A DNA stretch of 64,000 nucleotides from an uncultured Candidatus Saccharibacteria bacterium. GTDB lineage: Bacteria; Patescibacteriota; Minisyncoccia; Phycocordibacterales; Zambryskibacteraceae. This document shows positions 36,906 through 45,823 of this stretch, in pieces. The stretch spans positions 78,204-142,203 of the forward strand of contig CAYFFP010000001.1 of NCBI GenBank assembly GCA_964342515.1. The letters are read 5' to 3'. The notes beneath the pieces were generated by a model, which did no database searches, had not been told where the DNA came from, and worked only from the letters and a program-made list of their open reading frames with translations. Numbering within the stretch: the stretch's first letter is position 1; each line of letters opens with the position of its first letter. The translations under genes were made by a program, and so were the position numbers.

Positions 36906-37739
36906 ATGGCGGAGGAGATTACTATCATCAAGGCCGACGGTAGACACGAAACCTTCGACCCGGAGAAATTGCGCTTCTCGCTCCTACACTCCGGTGCCAG
37001 CGAGGAAGCGACGGAAAATGTCGTCAAGCATATCATACCGGAACTTAAGAACGGCATGACTACGCACGAGCTCTACCGGCACGCCTTTTCTATTCTGGCT
37101 ACGCTCAACCGGAAGGTGGCCAGAAGCTACTCCTTACGGCGGGCGGTGATGCAATTAGGCCCCTCCGGCTTCCCGTTCGAGGATTTCGTGGCGGAAATTT
37201 TGCGGGTCAAAGGATTCGAATGCGTTACCCGAGAGACGTGTTTAGGCGGCTGTGTGCCGCACGAAGTGGATATTGTCGCCTACAACGAAGTTAAGCTCAT
37301 GATGGTCGAGGCGAAGTTCCATAATGAGCTCGGCACGAAATCCGATCTCAAGGTAGTGCTCTACGTCAAAGCGCGCTTCGATGACCTCCGCGATAATGTT
37401 TTCAGCTATGGCGGAGATGACCGCAAAGTAACTGATGCATGGCTTGTGACCAATACCAAATTCTCCTCGACGGCTATTCACTATGGTGTTTGCAAAGACA
37501 TGACTCTTATCGGCTGGAATTATCCCGAGAAGGGCAGTTTGCAAGACATGATCGAAGAGGAAGGTTTACACCCGATCACTTGTCTGACTGCCTTGTCTGA
37601 CTCGGAGAAGAAAATCCTTTTGACTTCCGGAGTAGTACTTTGTAGTAATATTAAAAAGAGTCCGGAAGTTTTACGGCAGCTTTTGGGCTCTAACTTTAAC
37701 CAAGAAGCCGTTATCAGTGAAATAAACGAACTATCATGA
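36906..37739 (+). CDS. ATP-cone domain fused to Mrr-like PD-(D/E)xK restriction endonuclease domain
   Basis: N-terminus ITIIKADGRHETFDPEKLRFSL is ATP-cone-like. Middle block HEVDIVAYNEVKLMMVEAKFH is a D...E.K nuclease core. Confidence 0.5.
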   Translation: MAEEITIIKADGRHETFDPEKLRFSLLHSGASEEATENVVKHIIPELKNGMTTHELYRHAFSILATLNRKVARSYSLRRAVMQLGPSGFPFEDFVAEILRVKGFECVTRETCLGGCVPHEVDIVAYNEVKLMMVEAKFHNELGTKSDLKVVLYVKARFDDLRDNVFSYGGDDRKVTDAWLVTNTKFSSTAIHYGVCKDMTLIGWNYPEKGSLQDMIEEEGLHPITCLTALSDSEKKILLTSGVVLCSNIKKSPEVLRQLLGSNFNQEAVISEINELS

Positions 37740-38155
37740 TCAATCCATTTCTTACTTTAGTCATCGCATTGCTTCTTGGTTCAGCTCTCGGTCTCGAAAG
37801 AACTTTGGCCCACAAGGTCGCGGGCGTGCGCACCTATGGACTGGTCTCTATGGGTTCATGCCTCTTTATTCTCATTGCCAGATATGTCATCACGGTGGCG
37901 CAGAACACTGCCTACGACCCGTTGCGCATGGCGGCGGCCATTATCATGGGAATCGGCTTCCTGTGCGGCGGCGTGATTATCTTCAAGGACTCGACGCTGC
38001 AGGGACTGACCACGGCGGCCGGGCTCTGGGTAGCGGCCGGCATCGGCATGGCCATAGGATACGGACTGGTAATTCTTGCCATCTTTGCCACCGTTACCAC
38101 CTTGGTGGTCTTTACTCTTTTTTGGTTTATTGAACATAAACTTATCAAAAAGTGA
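37736..38155 (+). CDS. MgtC/SapB family membrane protein
   Basis: LGLERTLAHKVAGVRTYGLVSMGSCLF...GIGFLCGGVI...AAGLWVAAGIGMAIG. Confidence 0.7.
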   Translation: MINPFLTLVIALLLGSALGLERTLAHKVAGVRTYGLVSMGSCLFILIARYVITVAQNTAYDPLRMAAAIIMGIGFLCGGVIIFKDSTLQGLTTAAGLWVAAGIGMAIGYGLVILAIFATVTTLVVFTLFWFIEHKLIKK

Positions 38156-38736
38156 GTGACCGCACGGAAGAGTTGAAGAAAATCAGAGACGAAGTTATCG
38201 CCCTGACTTCCTCGCCGCTCTATCAAGAGCGGGTAAAAAATAATTATTTTCCCGTCATCGGGGAAGGGAATCACGATGCGGAGATAATGTTTATCGGCGA
38301 AGCGCCGGGGGAAAATGAGGCCAAGACCGGCCGGCCCTTCTGCGGCCGGGCGGGGCAGGTGCTCGACAAACTTCTGGAATCTGTCGGCATCGACAGGAAA
38401 AGCGTTTATGTCACCAACATCGTCAAAGACCGCCCGCCCAGCAATCGCGACCCTAGCCCTGAAGAAATTGCCGCTTACGCGCCGTTCTTGGACAGGCAGG
38501 TTGAAATCATCAAGCCGAGGGTCGTCGCCACTCTCGGCCGTTTCTCCATGCAATACGTGATGAACCGTTATGGTCTCGAGTGGGAAATAGCACCCATAAG
38601 TCTCTTGCATGGCAAGGTCTTTCAAGCAAAAGACTTCAAATTCATCCCTCTCTATCATCCCGCCGCCGCTATCTATAACCAAGAGCTTTTAAAAACTCTT
38701 GAGAACGATTTCCAAATTTTAAAGACCGTGGTATAG
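38152..38736 (+). CDS. Uracil-DNA glycosylase, family 4
   Basis: GEGNHDAEIMFIGEAPGENE...GRPFCGRAGQVLDKLL. GTG start as in the ORF track. Confidence 0.75.
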   Translation: MSDRTEELKKIRDEVIALTSSPLYQERVKNNYFPVIGEGNHDAEIMFIGEAPGENEAKTGRPFCGRAGQVLDKLLESVGIDRKSVYVTNIVKDRPPSNRDPSPEEIAAYAPFLDRQVEIIKPRVVATLGRFSMQYVMNRYGLEWEIAPISLLHGKVFQAKDFKFIPLYHPAAAIYNQELLKTLENDFQILKTVV

Positions 38737-38911
38737 TTCGTAGCGGAGGAGTTTTATGTCTTTGGAGCTGACCAGACTGAAGTTCCGCTTTCTCATAAGG
38801 AGACAGCTCTGGCGGTTCAGGGCGGTTTGCTTATGGATGCGGATCTACGATAGCATCGACGACATGGTGAGGTCTTGAGAAGGGCCTCACCATTTATGTT
38901 ATATTCATTTA

Positions 38912-40033
38912 ATGCAATCGAGAGAGATACGGGAGAAATTTCTGAAATTTTTTGAAGAGAGGGGACACACTATTGTTCCCTCATCTTCACTTGTGCCGAA
39001 GGATGATTCCTCCGTCCTCTTCACCACCGCGGGCATGCAGCAGTTCAAGCCATACTACATCGGCGGGGCCGATGTAGTAAAAGATTTCGGCTCTTCTAAT
39101 CTCGCCTCGAGCCAGAAATGCGTCAGAACTTCCGATATAGAAGAGGTCGGAGACGCCAGCCACCTGACATTTTTTGAGATGCTCGGTAATTTCTCCTTCG
39201 GGGATTATTGGAAAAAGGAAGCCATCGAGTGGGCCCACGAGTTTATTACTAAGGAACTTAGACTTACGATTGGTTACGTCTCGGTTTTCTCTGGAGAAAA
39301 TGATGTGTCGGAAGACAAAGAGTCGGAAGGAATCTGGAAATCAATTGACCCGAATATTGTTGTCAAGAAATTCGGCAGAAGCGATAATTTCTGGGGCCCG
39401 ACAGGGGAGGAAGGTCCTTGCGGCCCGACGACGGAGATCTATGTCGACGGCATAGAAATCTGGAACATTGTTTTCAACGAGTATTATCAAGATAAAGCTA
39501 AAAAGCTAACGAAGCTGACGAAGCCGGGTGTCGATACCGGCATGGGGCTTGAGCGATTGGTGAAGGTGGCGCAAAAAGTTGGAACGGTTTTTGAAACGGA
39601 TTTATTTAAACCAATCATGGAAAAAACAGATTCAAGAATTATTGCCGACCACATCCGCACCTCCTGCTTTATGATTGCCGACGGCGTCGCTCCGTCCAAT
39701 ACCGACAGGGGATATATCCTCCGCCGGCTACTGCGCCGCGCCTATGTCAAGAATAAGAACGTCTACCCGGTGATCGATGCCGTCGTTAACCATCCGAGTT
39801 ATCAAGGCCTTTACACTTTTGCTCCAAATACCAAAGAAATCGTCAGGCAAGAACTCGATAAATTCGAGGAAGCGCTCGAGCAAGGTTTGAAGCAGGTGAA
39901 AAAGGGCGCCGACCCATTCATCCTCTTTACCACATACGGCTTGCCGCCTGATATAATTGAGGAAGTCACGACAATAGATAAAGAAAAGTTTAAGAAACAG
40001 ATGGAAGAGCATAAACGGATTTCCAAGTTGTGA
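38912..40033 (+). CDS. alaS: Alanyl-tRNA synthetase catalytic (aminoacylation) domain only; split or truncated AlaRS
   Basis: Collinear with E. coli AlaRS residues approx 1-445: FTTAGMQQFK, HLTFFEMLGNFSFGDYWK, DNFWGPTGEEGPCGPTTEIY, VDTGMGLERL, IADHIR...IADGV.PSN..RGYILRRLLRRA. It stops before the tRNA-recognition, editing and C-Ala domains. Confidence 0.8.
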   Translation: MQSREIREKFLKFFEERGHTIVPSSSLVPKDDSSVLFTTAGMQQFKPYYIGGADVVKDFGSSNLASSQKCVRTSDIEEVGDASHLTFFEMLGNFSFGDYWKKEAIEWAHEFITKELRLTIGYVSVFSGENDVSEDKESEGIWKSIDPNIVVKKFGRSDNFWGPTGEEGPCGPTTEIYVDGIEIWNIVFNEYYQDKAKKLTKLTKPGVDTGMGLERLVKVAQKVGTVFETDLFKPIMEKTDSRIIADHIRTSCFMIADGVAPSNTDRGYILRRLLRRAYVKNKNVYPVIDAVVNHPSYQGLYTFAPNTKEIVRQELDKFEEALEQGLKQVKKGADPFILFTTYGLPPDIIEEVTTIDKEKFKKQMEEHKRISKL

Positions 40034-40045
40034 TATAATTTATTT

Positions 40046-41350
40046 ATGCCGAGAAAAGTCGAAGATATCATCGTGCCGGAAAGGAAGAGGAGCATCAGAA
40101 ACATTCCTATTCCCGAAAACCGGAAAAGACACTCGGTGTCTGGGGCTCCCTCGACACCGAGTGTCGGAAAAGAAGAGCCCTACAATCCGGTGCCGCCGCG
40201 CCGTTTAGAGCGGCCGCGGCGCGGCTTTCGCAAAAGAATCTGGCTCTCGAGCGGCGTCGGAGCGTTGATTTTAATATTTGCGGCGCTCTCGCTCTGGAAC
40301 GGCGCCACGCTCTCATATGTGCCGCGCTCTACGGCGCTTGCCTTCAACAACGAAGTCTATACGGCAAGGAAGACGTCCGAAAACGGCCTGCTCTACAGCG
40401 TAGTCAAGCTCTCGGGAGAAAAGAGCGATGTCGTACCGGCCGAGGGTGAACAAAGCGTGGAGAGAAAGGCGAGCGGCACTATCGTTGTCTACAACAACGC
40501 GACAGTAGAGTCGCAGCGGCTAATAGAGAATACCCGCTTCGAATCTCCCGAAGGGAAAATTTACCGGATCGCCAAAGCCATCAGCATCCCCGGCAAAACC
40601 GGCTCCAACCCCGGTGCTCTGGAAGTGATAGTGTACGCTGACGAAGCGGGAGAATCTTATAATACGGGACTGACGGACTTCACCGTGCCCGGACTCAAGG
40701 GCACGGCGCGCTACTCTACAATTTACGCGCGCTCGAAGACTCCCATAACAGGAGGCTTCGTCGGGCAAGAGAAGGTGGTCAGTCCGGCCGATACTCTCAA
40801 AGTCAAGACGGAACTCCAAACTCTCTTAAGCAAAGAACTGCTTGCCAAGGCGGCTCTGGAAGTGCCGGACGACTTTATCCTCTTCCCCGCTCTCTCCTCG
40901 GTGATATTTGAAGATCTCGTTCAGACTACAACCAGCAATGCAAACAGCGCCGCGGTAAATCTCAAGGCCAATCTCTACGGAATCATGTTTAAGAAGAGCG
41001 ACCTTGGGAAGGAGCTCTCCAAGAATAAGGCCACTATCGGCGAGACTGACCGCGTGGAACTCGAGTCCTTTGATTCTCTCAATATTTCATTTGCCGGCGC
41101 GGCTCCGACTGATCTCGTCTCCGCGACCCAGATTAACTTCAAAGTCTCCGGCAACACAAAACTTTTCTGGCTGACGGACGAAGTGGCGCTCAAATCAGAT
41201 TTGGCCGGCCGACCGAAGAGAGAGATTTCCGCCATTCTCAAAAATTACCCGACGATCTTCTCGGCGGACGCGACCGTCAGACCGTTCTGGAAAACATCAT
41301 TCCCGGACAATGCTCAAAAGATTTCCATAAAGAAATTGAAAGTAGAATAA
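40046..41350 (+). CDS. Hypothetical membrane-anchored protein
   Basis: 434 aa, TM near residue 75; not AlaRS-related. Confidence 0.45.
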   Translation: MPRKVEDIIVPERKRSIRNIPIPENRKRHSVSGAPSTPSVGKEEPYNPVPPRRLERPRRGFRKRIWLSSGVGALILIFAALSLWNGATLSYVPRSTALAFNNEVYTARKTSENGLLYSVVKLSGEKSDVVPAEGEQSVERKASGTIVVYNNATVESQRLIENTRFESPEGKIYRIAKAISIPGKTGSNPGALEVIVYADEAGESYNTGLTDFTVPGLKGTARYSTIYARSKTPITGGFVGQEKVVSPADTLKVKTELQTLLSKELLAKAALEVPDDFILFPALSSVIFEDLVQTTTSNANSAAVNLKANLYGIMFKKSDLGKELSKNKATIGETDRVELESFDSLNISFAGAAPTDLVSATQINFKVSGNTKLFWLTDEVALKSDLAGRPKREISAILKNYPTIFSADATVRPFWKTSFPDNAQKISIKKLKVE

Positions 41351-41566
41351 ATGGAACTCTCAAAACCTGTGGAGAAAACTGGAGTGGTAGTCGAATCTCT
41401 TCCTAATATCATGTTTCGGGTTAGATTAGACGGCTCCGATGAAGAAGTCCTCTCCTATCTATCCGGCAAAATGCGTCTCCACCGTATCCGGGTGCTGGTG
41501 GGAGACAAAGTGCTTCTGGAGCTTGAGCCCTACGGCGGCAAAGCCCGTATTATTAAAAGGTTATAA
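41351..41566 (+). CDS. infA: Translation initiation factor IF-1
   Basis: [51 protein letters not shown] is the S1-like IF-1 signature. Confidence 0.85.
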   Translation: MELSKPVEKTGVVVESLPNIMFRVRLDGSDEEVLSYLSGKMRLHRIRVLVGDKVLLELEPYGGKARIIKRL

Positions 41567-41625
41567 TATAATCTTTTAACGTCTATAGACAGAAAACCTA
41601 GGTTGGGTTAGAATGGGAACTTCCT

Positions 41626-41742
41626 ATGAAAGTGAAGGCGGCGGTCAGGAAAATGTGCGGCAAGTGCCAGATAGTCCGCAGAAAGGGCTATGTTTACGTA
41701 GTGTGCAAAGCCAATCCCCGTCATAAACAAAGGCAAGGTTAA
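41626..41742 (+). CDS. rpmJ: 50S ribosomal protein L36
   Basis: Hand-found: [38 protein letters not shown]. Stop overlaps the rpsM ATG. Confidence 0.85.
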   Translation: MKVKAAVRKMCGKCQIVRRKGYVYVVCKANPRHKQRQG

Positions 41743-42125
41743 TGAGAATACTCGGCATCACCATCCCTGATGAAAAGCGTCTTGAAATTGGCTTAACTAC
41801 GCTCTACGGCGTAGGGCGTTCCCGCGCGCGATCAATTCTTAAAGAAGCGGGGGTGCCGTTAGGAATAAAGCCCCCCGAGGCCAGCATCGAGCAGGAAAAC
41901 AAAATCCGCTCGATTATCGAAGGGCTTACTCTCGAAGGCGATCTTAAGAGAGAGAAAGCCGCCAATATCAAACGGCTCAAAGATATCAAGGCCTACAGGG
42001 GAATTCGTCATCAGCGAAGTTTGCCGGTCAGAGGACAGCGTACGAAAACAAATTCCCGCACCACCCGTCCTTACCGGGGCAGGAAGACCATGGGCACCGG
42101 CAGGAAAGTTGCTGAAAAGAAGTAA
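41742..42125 (+). CDS. rpsM: 30S ribosomal protein S13
   Basis: [29 protein letters not shown]. Confidence 0.9.
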   Translation: MRILGITIPDEKRLEIGLTTLYGVGRSRARSILKEAGVPLGIKPPEASIEQENKIRSIIEGLTLEGDLKREKAANIKRLKDIKAYRGIRHQRSLPVRGQRTKTNSRTTRPYRGRKTMGTGRKVAEKK

Positions 42126-42141
42126 GATTTAAGATTTAAGA

Positions 42142-42579
42142 ATGGGAAAAAAGAAAATAGCGACAATAGAAGAGAAGCCGGAACTTGCAGAAAAAACTGC
42201 GGAAACTCCAGCTACCAAGAGCTCAAAAAGGCGAGTGGAATCCGGCGTGCTGAATGTCGAATCGACCTACAACAATACCAAACTGGTATTAACCGATGAG
42301 AAAGGGGGCGCCTTGGCGTGGGCCACGAGCGGGTCGCTCGGATTTAAGGGGGCTAAGAAAGGCACGCCCTTCGCCGCGGCTAAAGTCGGAGAAGTTCTGG
42401 CCGGCAAAGCCCAAGAGCTTGGCGTCAAGGAGGTAAGAGTGGCGATTAAAGGAGTCGGTTCGGGCCGCGAATCGGCTATCCGCGGCTTTATCTCCAAAGG
42501 GATAAATCTTACCATCATCCAAGACCGGACGCCGGTGCCCCACAACGGCCCCAAGCCGCCGAAACCGCGCAGAACATAG
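42142..42579 (+). CDS. rpsK: 30S ribosomal protein S11
   Basis: TYNNTKLVLTDEKGGALAWATSGSLGFKGAKKGTPFAA. Confidence 0.9.
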   Translation: MGKKKIATIEEKPELAEKTAETPATKSSKRRVESGVLNVESTYNNTKLVLTDEKGGALAWATSGSLGFKGAKKGTPFAAAKVGEVLAGKAQELGVKEVRVAIKGVGSGRESAIRGFISKGINLTIIQDRTPVPHNGPKPPKPRRT

Positions 42580-42604
42580 TTCGACAAGCTTACTATAAAT
42601 AATT

Positions 42605-43213
42605 ATGAAAATCGGACCAAAATATAAAATTGCGAGGCGTCTCGGCGCGCCGGTCTTCGAGAAGACCCAGACGCAGAAGTATGTGCTCTCGCTTGCTCGC
42701 AAAGAGAAGAGCGGCAGAGTGGGTAGGAGGAGGCCCTTAAGCGAGTACGGCCTCGCTTTAAACGAGAAGCAAAAGGCCCGCTACACCTACGGCTTGTCCG
42801 AAAGGCAATTCCGCGGCTATGTTGATAAAGCCCTGCGCTCACCCCTGCCTGTCCAGAAGCTCTTCGCCTTACTCGAGGGTCGGCTCGACAACGTGCTCTA
42901 TCGCGCCGGTGTGAGTAAAACGCGGCGAGAGGCAAGACAGATGGCAAGCCACGGCCACACTCTGGTCAATGGTCGCCGTGTTACTGTACCTTCAATCCTG
43001 CTTAAAATAGGAGACAAGGTGGGTATCAGGCTCGGTTCGGCAAACTCGGTGCTCTTTGCCGAATTGGCGGAGAGAATGAAAGGAGTTTCCGCGCCGGCTT
43101 GGCTCAAAGTGGATTCGGAAGCGAGGCAGGCAGAGGTCATGGGAGTGCCGAATTATGAGCCGAACAGCGCCGTCTTTGATCTCGCGATAGTGATTGGATT
43201 CTATAACCGATAA
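42605..43213 (+). CDS. rpsD: 30S ribosomal protein S4
   Basis: N-terminal KIARRLG motif, S4 domain RLDNVLYRAG. Confidence 0.9.
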   Translation: MKIGPKYKIARRLGAPVFEKTQTQKYVLSLARKEKSGRVGRRRPLSEYGLALNEKQKARYTYGLSERQFRGYVDKALRSPLPVQKLFALLEGRLDNVLYRAGVSKTRREARQMASHGHTLVNGRRVTVPSILLKIGDKVGIRLGSANSVLFAELAERMKGVSAPAWLKVDSEARQAEVMGVPNYEPNSAVFDLAIVIGFYNR

Positions 43214-43236
43214 CTTATAAACTTATTAACTTTTGT

Positions 43237-44226
43237 ATGGCTGATTACACAATACATTTACCTTCAAAGCCGCGAGTGGTATCCGAGGAAGGGAACAACG
43301 GATGTTTCGAAATAGAAGGTCTTTACCCCGGCTACGGTCACACTTTAGGCAATAGTCTGCGCCGGATCATCCTCTCCTCCTTGCCGGGAGTGGCAATCAC
43401 TTCGGTAAAAATCTCCGGAGTAAGCCACGAGTTCTCAACCATTGATGGGATAAAGGAAGACGTCGTTACCATTCTTCTTAATCTCAAGAAAGTGCGCATG
43501 CGCTTTACCACGGATGAACCGCAAACGCTCTCCCTTAAGGTGCGGGGTTCGACTCTGACGGGGTCAGAGTCGAAAGTAGTTACCGCAACTGACATCGAAC
43601 TCCCCGGCCAAGTGGAGATTCTTACTCCGGACCAGATCATCGCCACTCTTACTTCCAAAACAGCCTCGCTTGAGATGGAAATCCGCGCCGAAAAGGGTTT
43701 GGGCTTCATGCCGAAGGAGATGATCGACAAATCCCGCGTCGACATCGGCACCATCGCTCTGGACGGCATCTTTACTCCCATCCGTAGGGCTTCTTACGAA
43801 GTAGAGAACATGCGCGTGGGCGACAGGACCGACTTCAATAAGCTGCGCTTCTTTATCGAGACGGACGGCACCGTCGCTCCGACGGAAGCGCTCTCGAGGG
43901 CGATAGAAATAATGATCAGCCAGCTTAAGGCCATCGTCGGCTTTAAGGAAGAGGAACCCGCCACGATCGTTGGCGTGGGCGAACTAAGGCCGGCAACCGC
44001 CGCTACTCCCCGCGCCGAAGTTGACCCCGAGGTGTTGAAAACCCGCATTGAATCACTCAACCTCTCGGCCAGAACGCTCAACGCTCTTACGAACGAAAGC
44101 ATCCGCACTGTCGGCGGTCTCGCGAGAAAGAAGGAGAAGGACCTCCTCGAGATCGACGGCTTAGGCGCCAAGGGCATTCAGGAAATCAGAAAGGCGCTCG
44201 GTGAATTTGGCATCACGCTCAAGTAA
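43237..44226 (+). CDS. rpoA: DNA-directed RNA polymerase alpha subunit
   Basis: 329 aa with alpha NTD and CTD (LNLSARTLNALTNESIRTVGGL). Confidence 0.9.
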   Translation: MADYTIHLPSKPRVVSEEGNNGCFEIEGLYPGYGHTLGNSLRRIILSSLPGVAITSVKISGVSHEFSTIDGIKEDVVTILLNLKKVRMRFTTDEPQTLSLKVRGSTLTGSESKVVTATDIELPGQVEILTPDQIIATLTSKTASLEMEIRAEKGLGFMPKEMIDKSRVDIGTIALDGIFTPIRRASYEVENMRVGDRTDFNKLRFFIETDGTVAPTEALSRAIEIMISQLKAIVGFKEEEPATIVGVGELRPATAATPRAEVDPEVLKTRIESLNLSARTLNALTNESIRTVGGLARKKEKDLLEIDGLGAKGIQEIRKALGEFGITLK

Positions 44227-44231
44227 TTACC

Positions 44232-44579
44232 ATGGCATTCCACAAAGCCAAGAGAAAATTCGGCAGGGAGAAGAACCAGAGAAGAGCGCTGCTCAAATCC
44301 TTGGCTTACTCGCTGGCGCTGAAGGAAAAGATTAAAACTACGGAAGAGAAAGCCAAGTCATTGCGGCCTTTTATGGAGAAGCTTGTGACGTTGGGTAAGA
44401 AGGATAATCAACCCTCGAGGCGCCTCTTGGAAGCCCGCGTGGGAGTATCGGCCGCCAAAAAGATTGCCTCCGACCTTTCACCGAGGTATAAAGGACGCGC
44501 CGGCGGCTATACCAGAATTACCAAGATCATGCCGCGCAAAAGCGACGGAGCGAAGATGGCCGTCATAGAATTTGTATGA
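44232..44579 (+). CDS. rplQ: 50S ribosomal protein L17
   Basis: Conserved L17 blocks; sits in the rpoA-rplQ context. Confidence 0.9.
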   Translation: MAFHKAKRKFGREKNQRRALLKSLAYSLALKEKIKTTEEKAKSLRPFMEKLVTLGKKDNQPSRRLLEARVGVSAAKKIASDLSPRYKGRAGGYTRITKIMPRKSDGAKMAVIEFV

Positions 44580-44908
44580 CGAAATATATTATAGATGCAA
44601 AAGATAGGGCCGCAGGCAGAGTAGCAACGGAAGTCGCAGTATTTCTCATGGGTAAAAATAGAACAGATTTTGTACGCAATAAAATTCCAACAATAGAAGT
44701 TGAAGTGGTTAACGCTAACGGCTTGAAGTTAAATCCTAAAAGCTACTACCGTCATTCCGGTTACCCGGGTAGCTTAAAGAAAGAAACTACGGAACATGTA
44801 GTGGCTAAAAAAGGAGCTAGAGAAGTTCTGCGTCGCGCGGTCTACGGCATGCTGCCGAAAAACAAGTTGCGCCCAAGAATGATGAAAAACTTGAAGATTT
44901 ATGAATAA
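44576..44908 (+). CDS. rplM: 50S ribosomal protein L13
   Basis: GRVATEVAVFLMGKNRTDF...KLRPRMMKNLKIY. Confidence 0.9.
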   Translation: MTKYIIDAKDRAAGRVATEVAVFLMGKNRTDFVRNKIPTIEVEVVNANGLKLNPKSYYRHSGYPGSLKKETTEHVVAKKGAREVLRRAVYGMLPKNKLRPRMMKNLKIYE

Positions 44909-45293
44909 AGATAAATACATCGAAGCAGTAGGGAGAAGGAAGACCTCGGTAGCGCGAGTGCGTCTCACTCCCGCTTCCAAAACCACGCTCTCGGTAAATG
45001 AACGCGAATTTGATAAATATTTCCCGACCAAAGAATTGCAGAATTCAGTTCTTGCCGTCTTTAATGATGCGCCCGAGAGTTTCGCCGTATCGGCGAAACT
45101 CTCGGGCGGAGGCATTTCTTCCCAAGCGCAAGCGCTTCGCCACGGCATTGCCCGCGCCTTAACTAAAAATGCTCCGGAGCTTCGTACTAAACTTAAGGTC
45201 AAAGGATTCTTGAAGCGCGACCCCCGCGCCAAGGAACGCCGCAAATTCGGTTTGAAAAAGGCCCGAAAGGCGCCGCAGTGGAGCAAACGATAG
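44901..45293 (+). CDS. rpsI: 30S ribosomal protein S9
   Basis: GRRKTSVARV...C-terminal [26 protein letters not shown]. Confidence 0.9.
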   Translation: MNKDKYIEAVGRRKTSVARVRLTPASKTTLSVNEREFDKYFPTKELQNSVLAVFNDAPESFAVSAKLSGGGISSQAQALRHGIARALTKNAPELRTKLKVKGFLKRDPRAKERRKFGLKKARKAPQWSKR

Positions 45294-45823
45294 AGTGTAA
45301 TTCAAAAGATATGGATGATGATAACGATATTCATTTTGAAAAAGATGAACAGCTCGACGATTCCGTCGTAGCGGAAGAGCACACTGGCGATGCTGTAAAG
45401 AAACTTAAGGGCAAACTAAAAGAAGCAGAGGGGAAGGCCAAGGAATACTTGGACGGCTGGCAGAGAAGCCAAGCGGACTTCGTCAATCTGCGCAAGAGGG
45501 ATGAGGAGACGAAAAAAGAGTTTATGAAGTTTGTAAGTTTGGAAGTTGTGAAGGATTTAATCCCAGTACTCGACGCGCTCACTATTAGTAGCAATGAACC
45601 AGTACATCGTCTTATGATGCAAACCTTGGCTAGGCATGGACTCGAAGAGAGTAATCCCATCGGCGAGCAATTCGATCCTAGGAAACATGAGTCTGTCGGT
45701 ATAGTTCAGACCGAAAAGAAAAACGAGGACCACAAAATTCTTGAAGTAGTATCAAAAGGTTATATACTATCAGGGAAAATTATCAGACCCGCAAAAGTAA
45801 AAATAGGAGAATATCATGAGTAA
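45278..45823 (+). CDS. grpE: Nucleotide exchange factor GrpE
   Basis: Coiled-coil N-terminus. [15 protein letters not shown]...[16 protein letters not shown]. Confidence 0.8.
   Translation: MEQTIECNSKDMDDDNDIHFEKDEQLDDSVVAEEHTGDAVKKLKGKLKEAEGKAKEYLDGWQRSQADFVNLRKRDEETKKEFMKFVSLEVVKDLIPVLDALTISSNEPVHRLMMQTLARHGLEESNPIGEQFDPRKHESVGIVQTEKKNEDHKILEVVSKGYILSGKIIRPAKVKIGEYHE

Noticed and set aside
37912-38682. 256-aa minus-strand ORF and the overlapping Arg/His-rich ORFs 37776..38133
   Set aside because: Antisense or alternative frames within the MgtC and UDG genes, both of which have clear family motifs.
42267-42947. Minus-strand ORFs over rpsK/rpsD
   Set aside because: Antisense to highly conserved ribosomal protein genes; Arg-rich frames are typical of GC-rich antisense.
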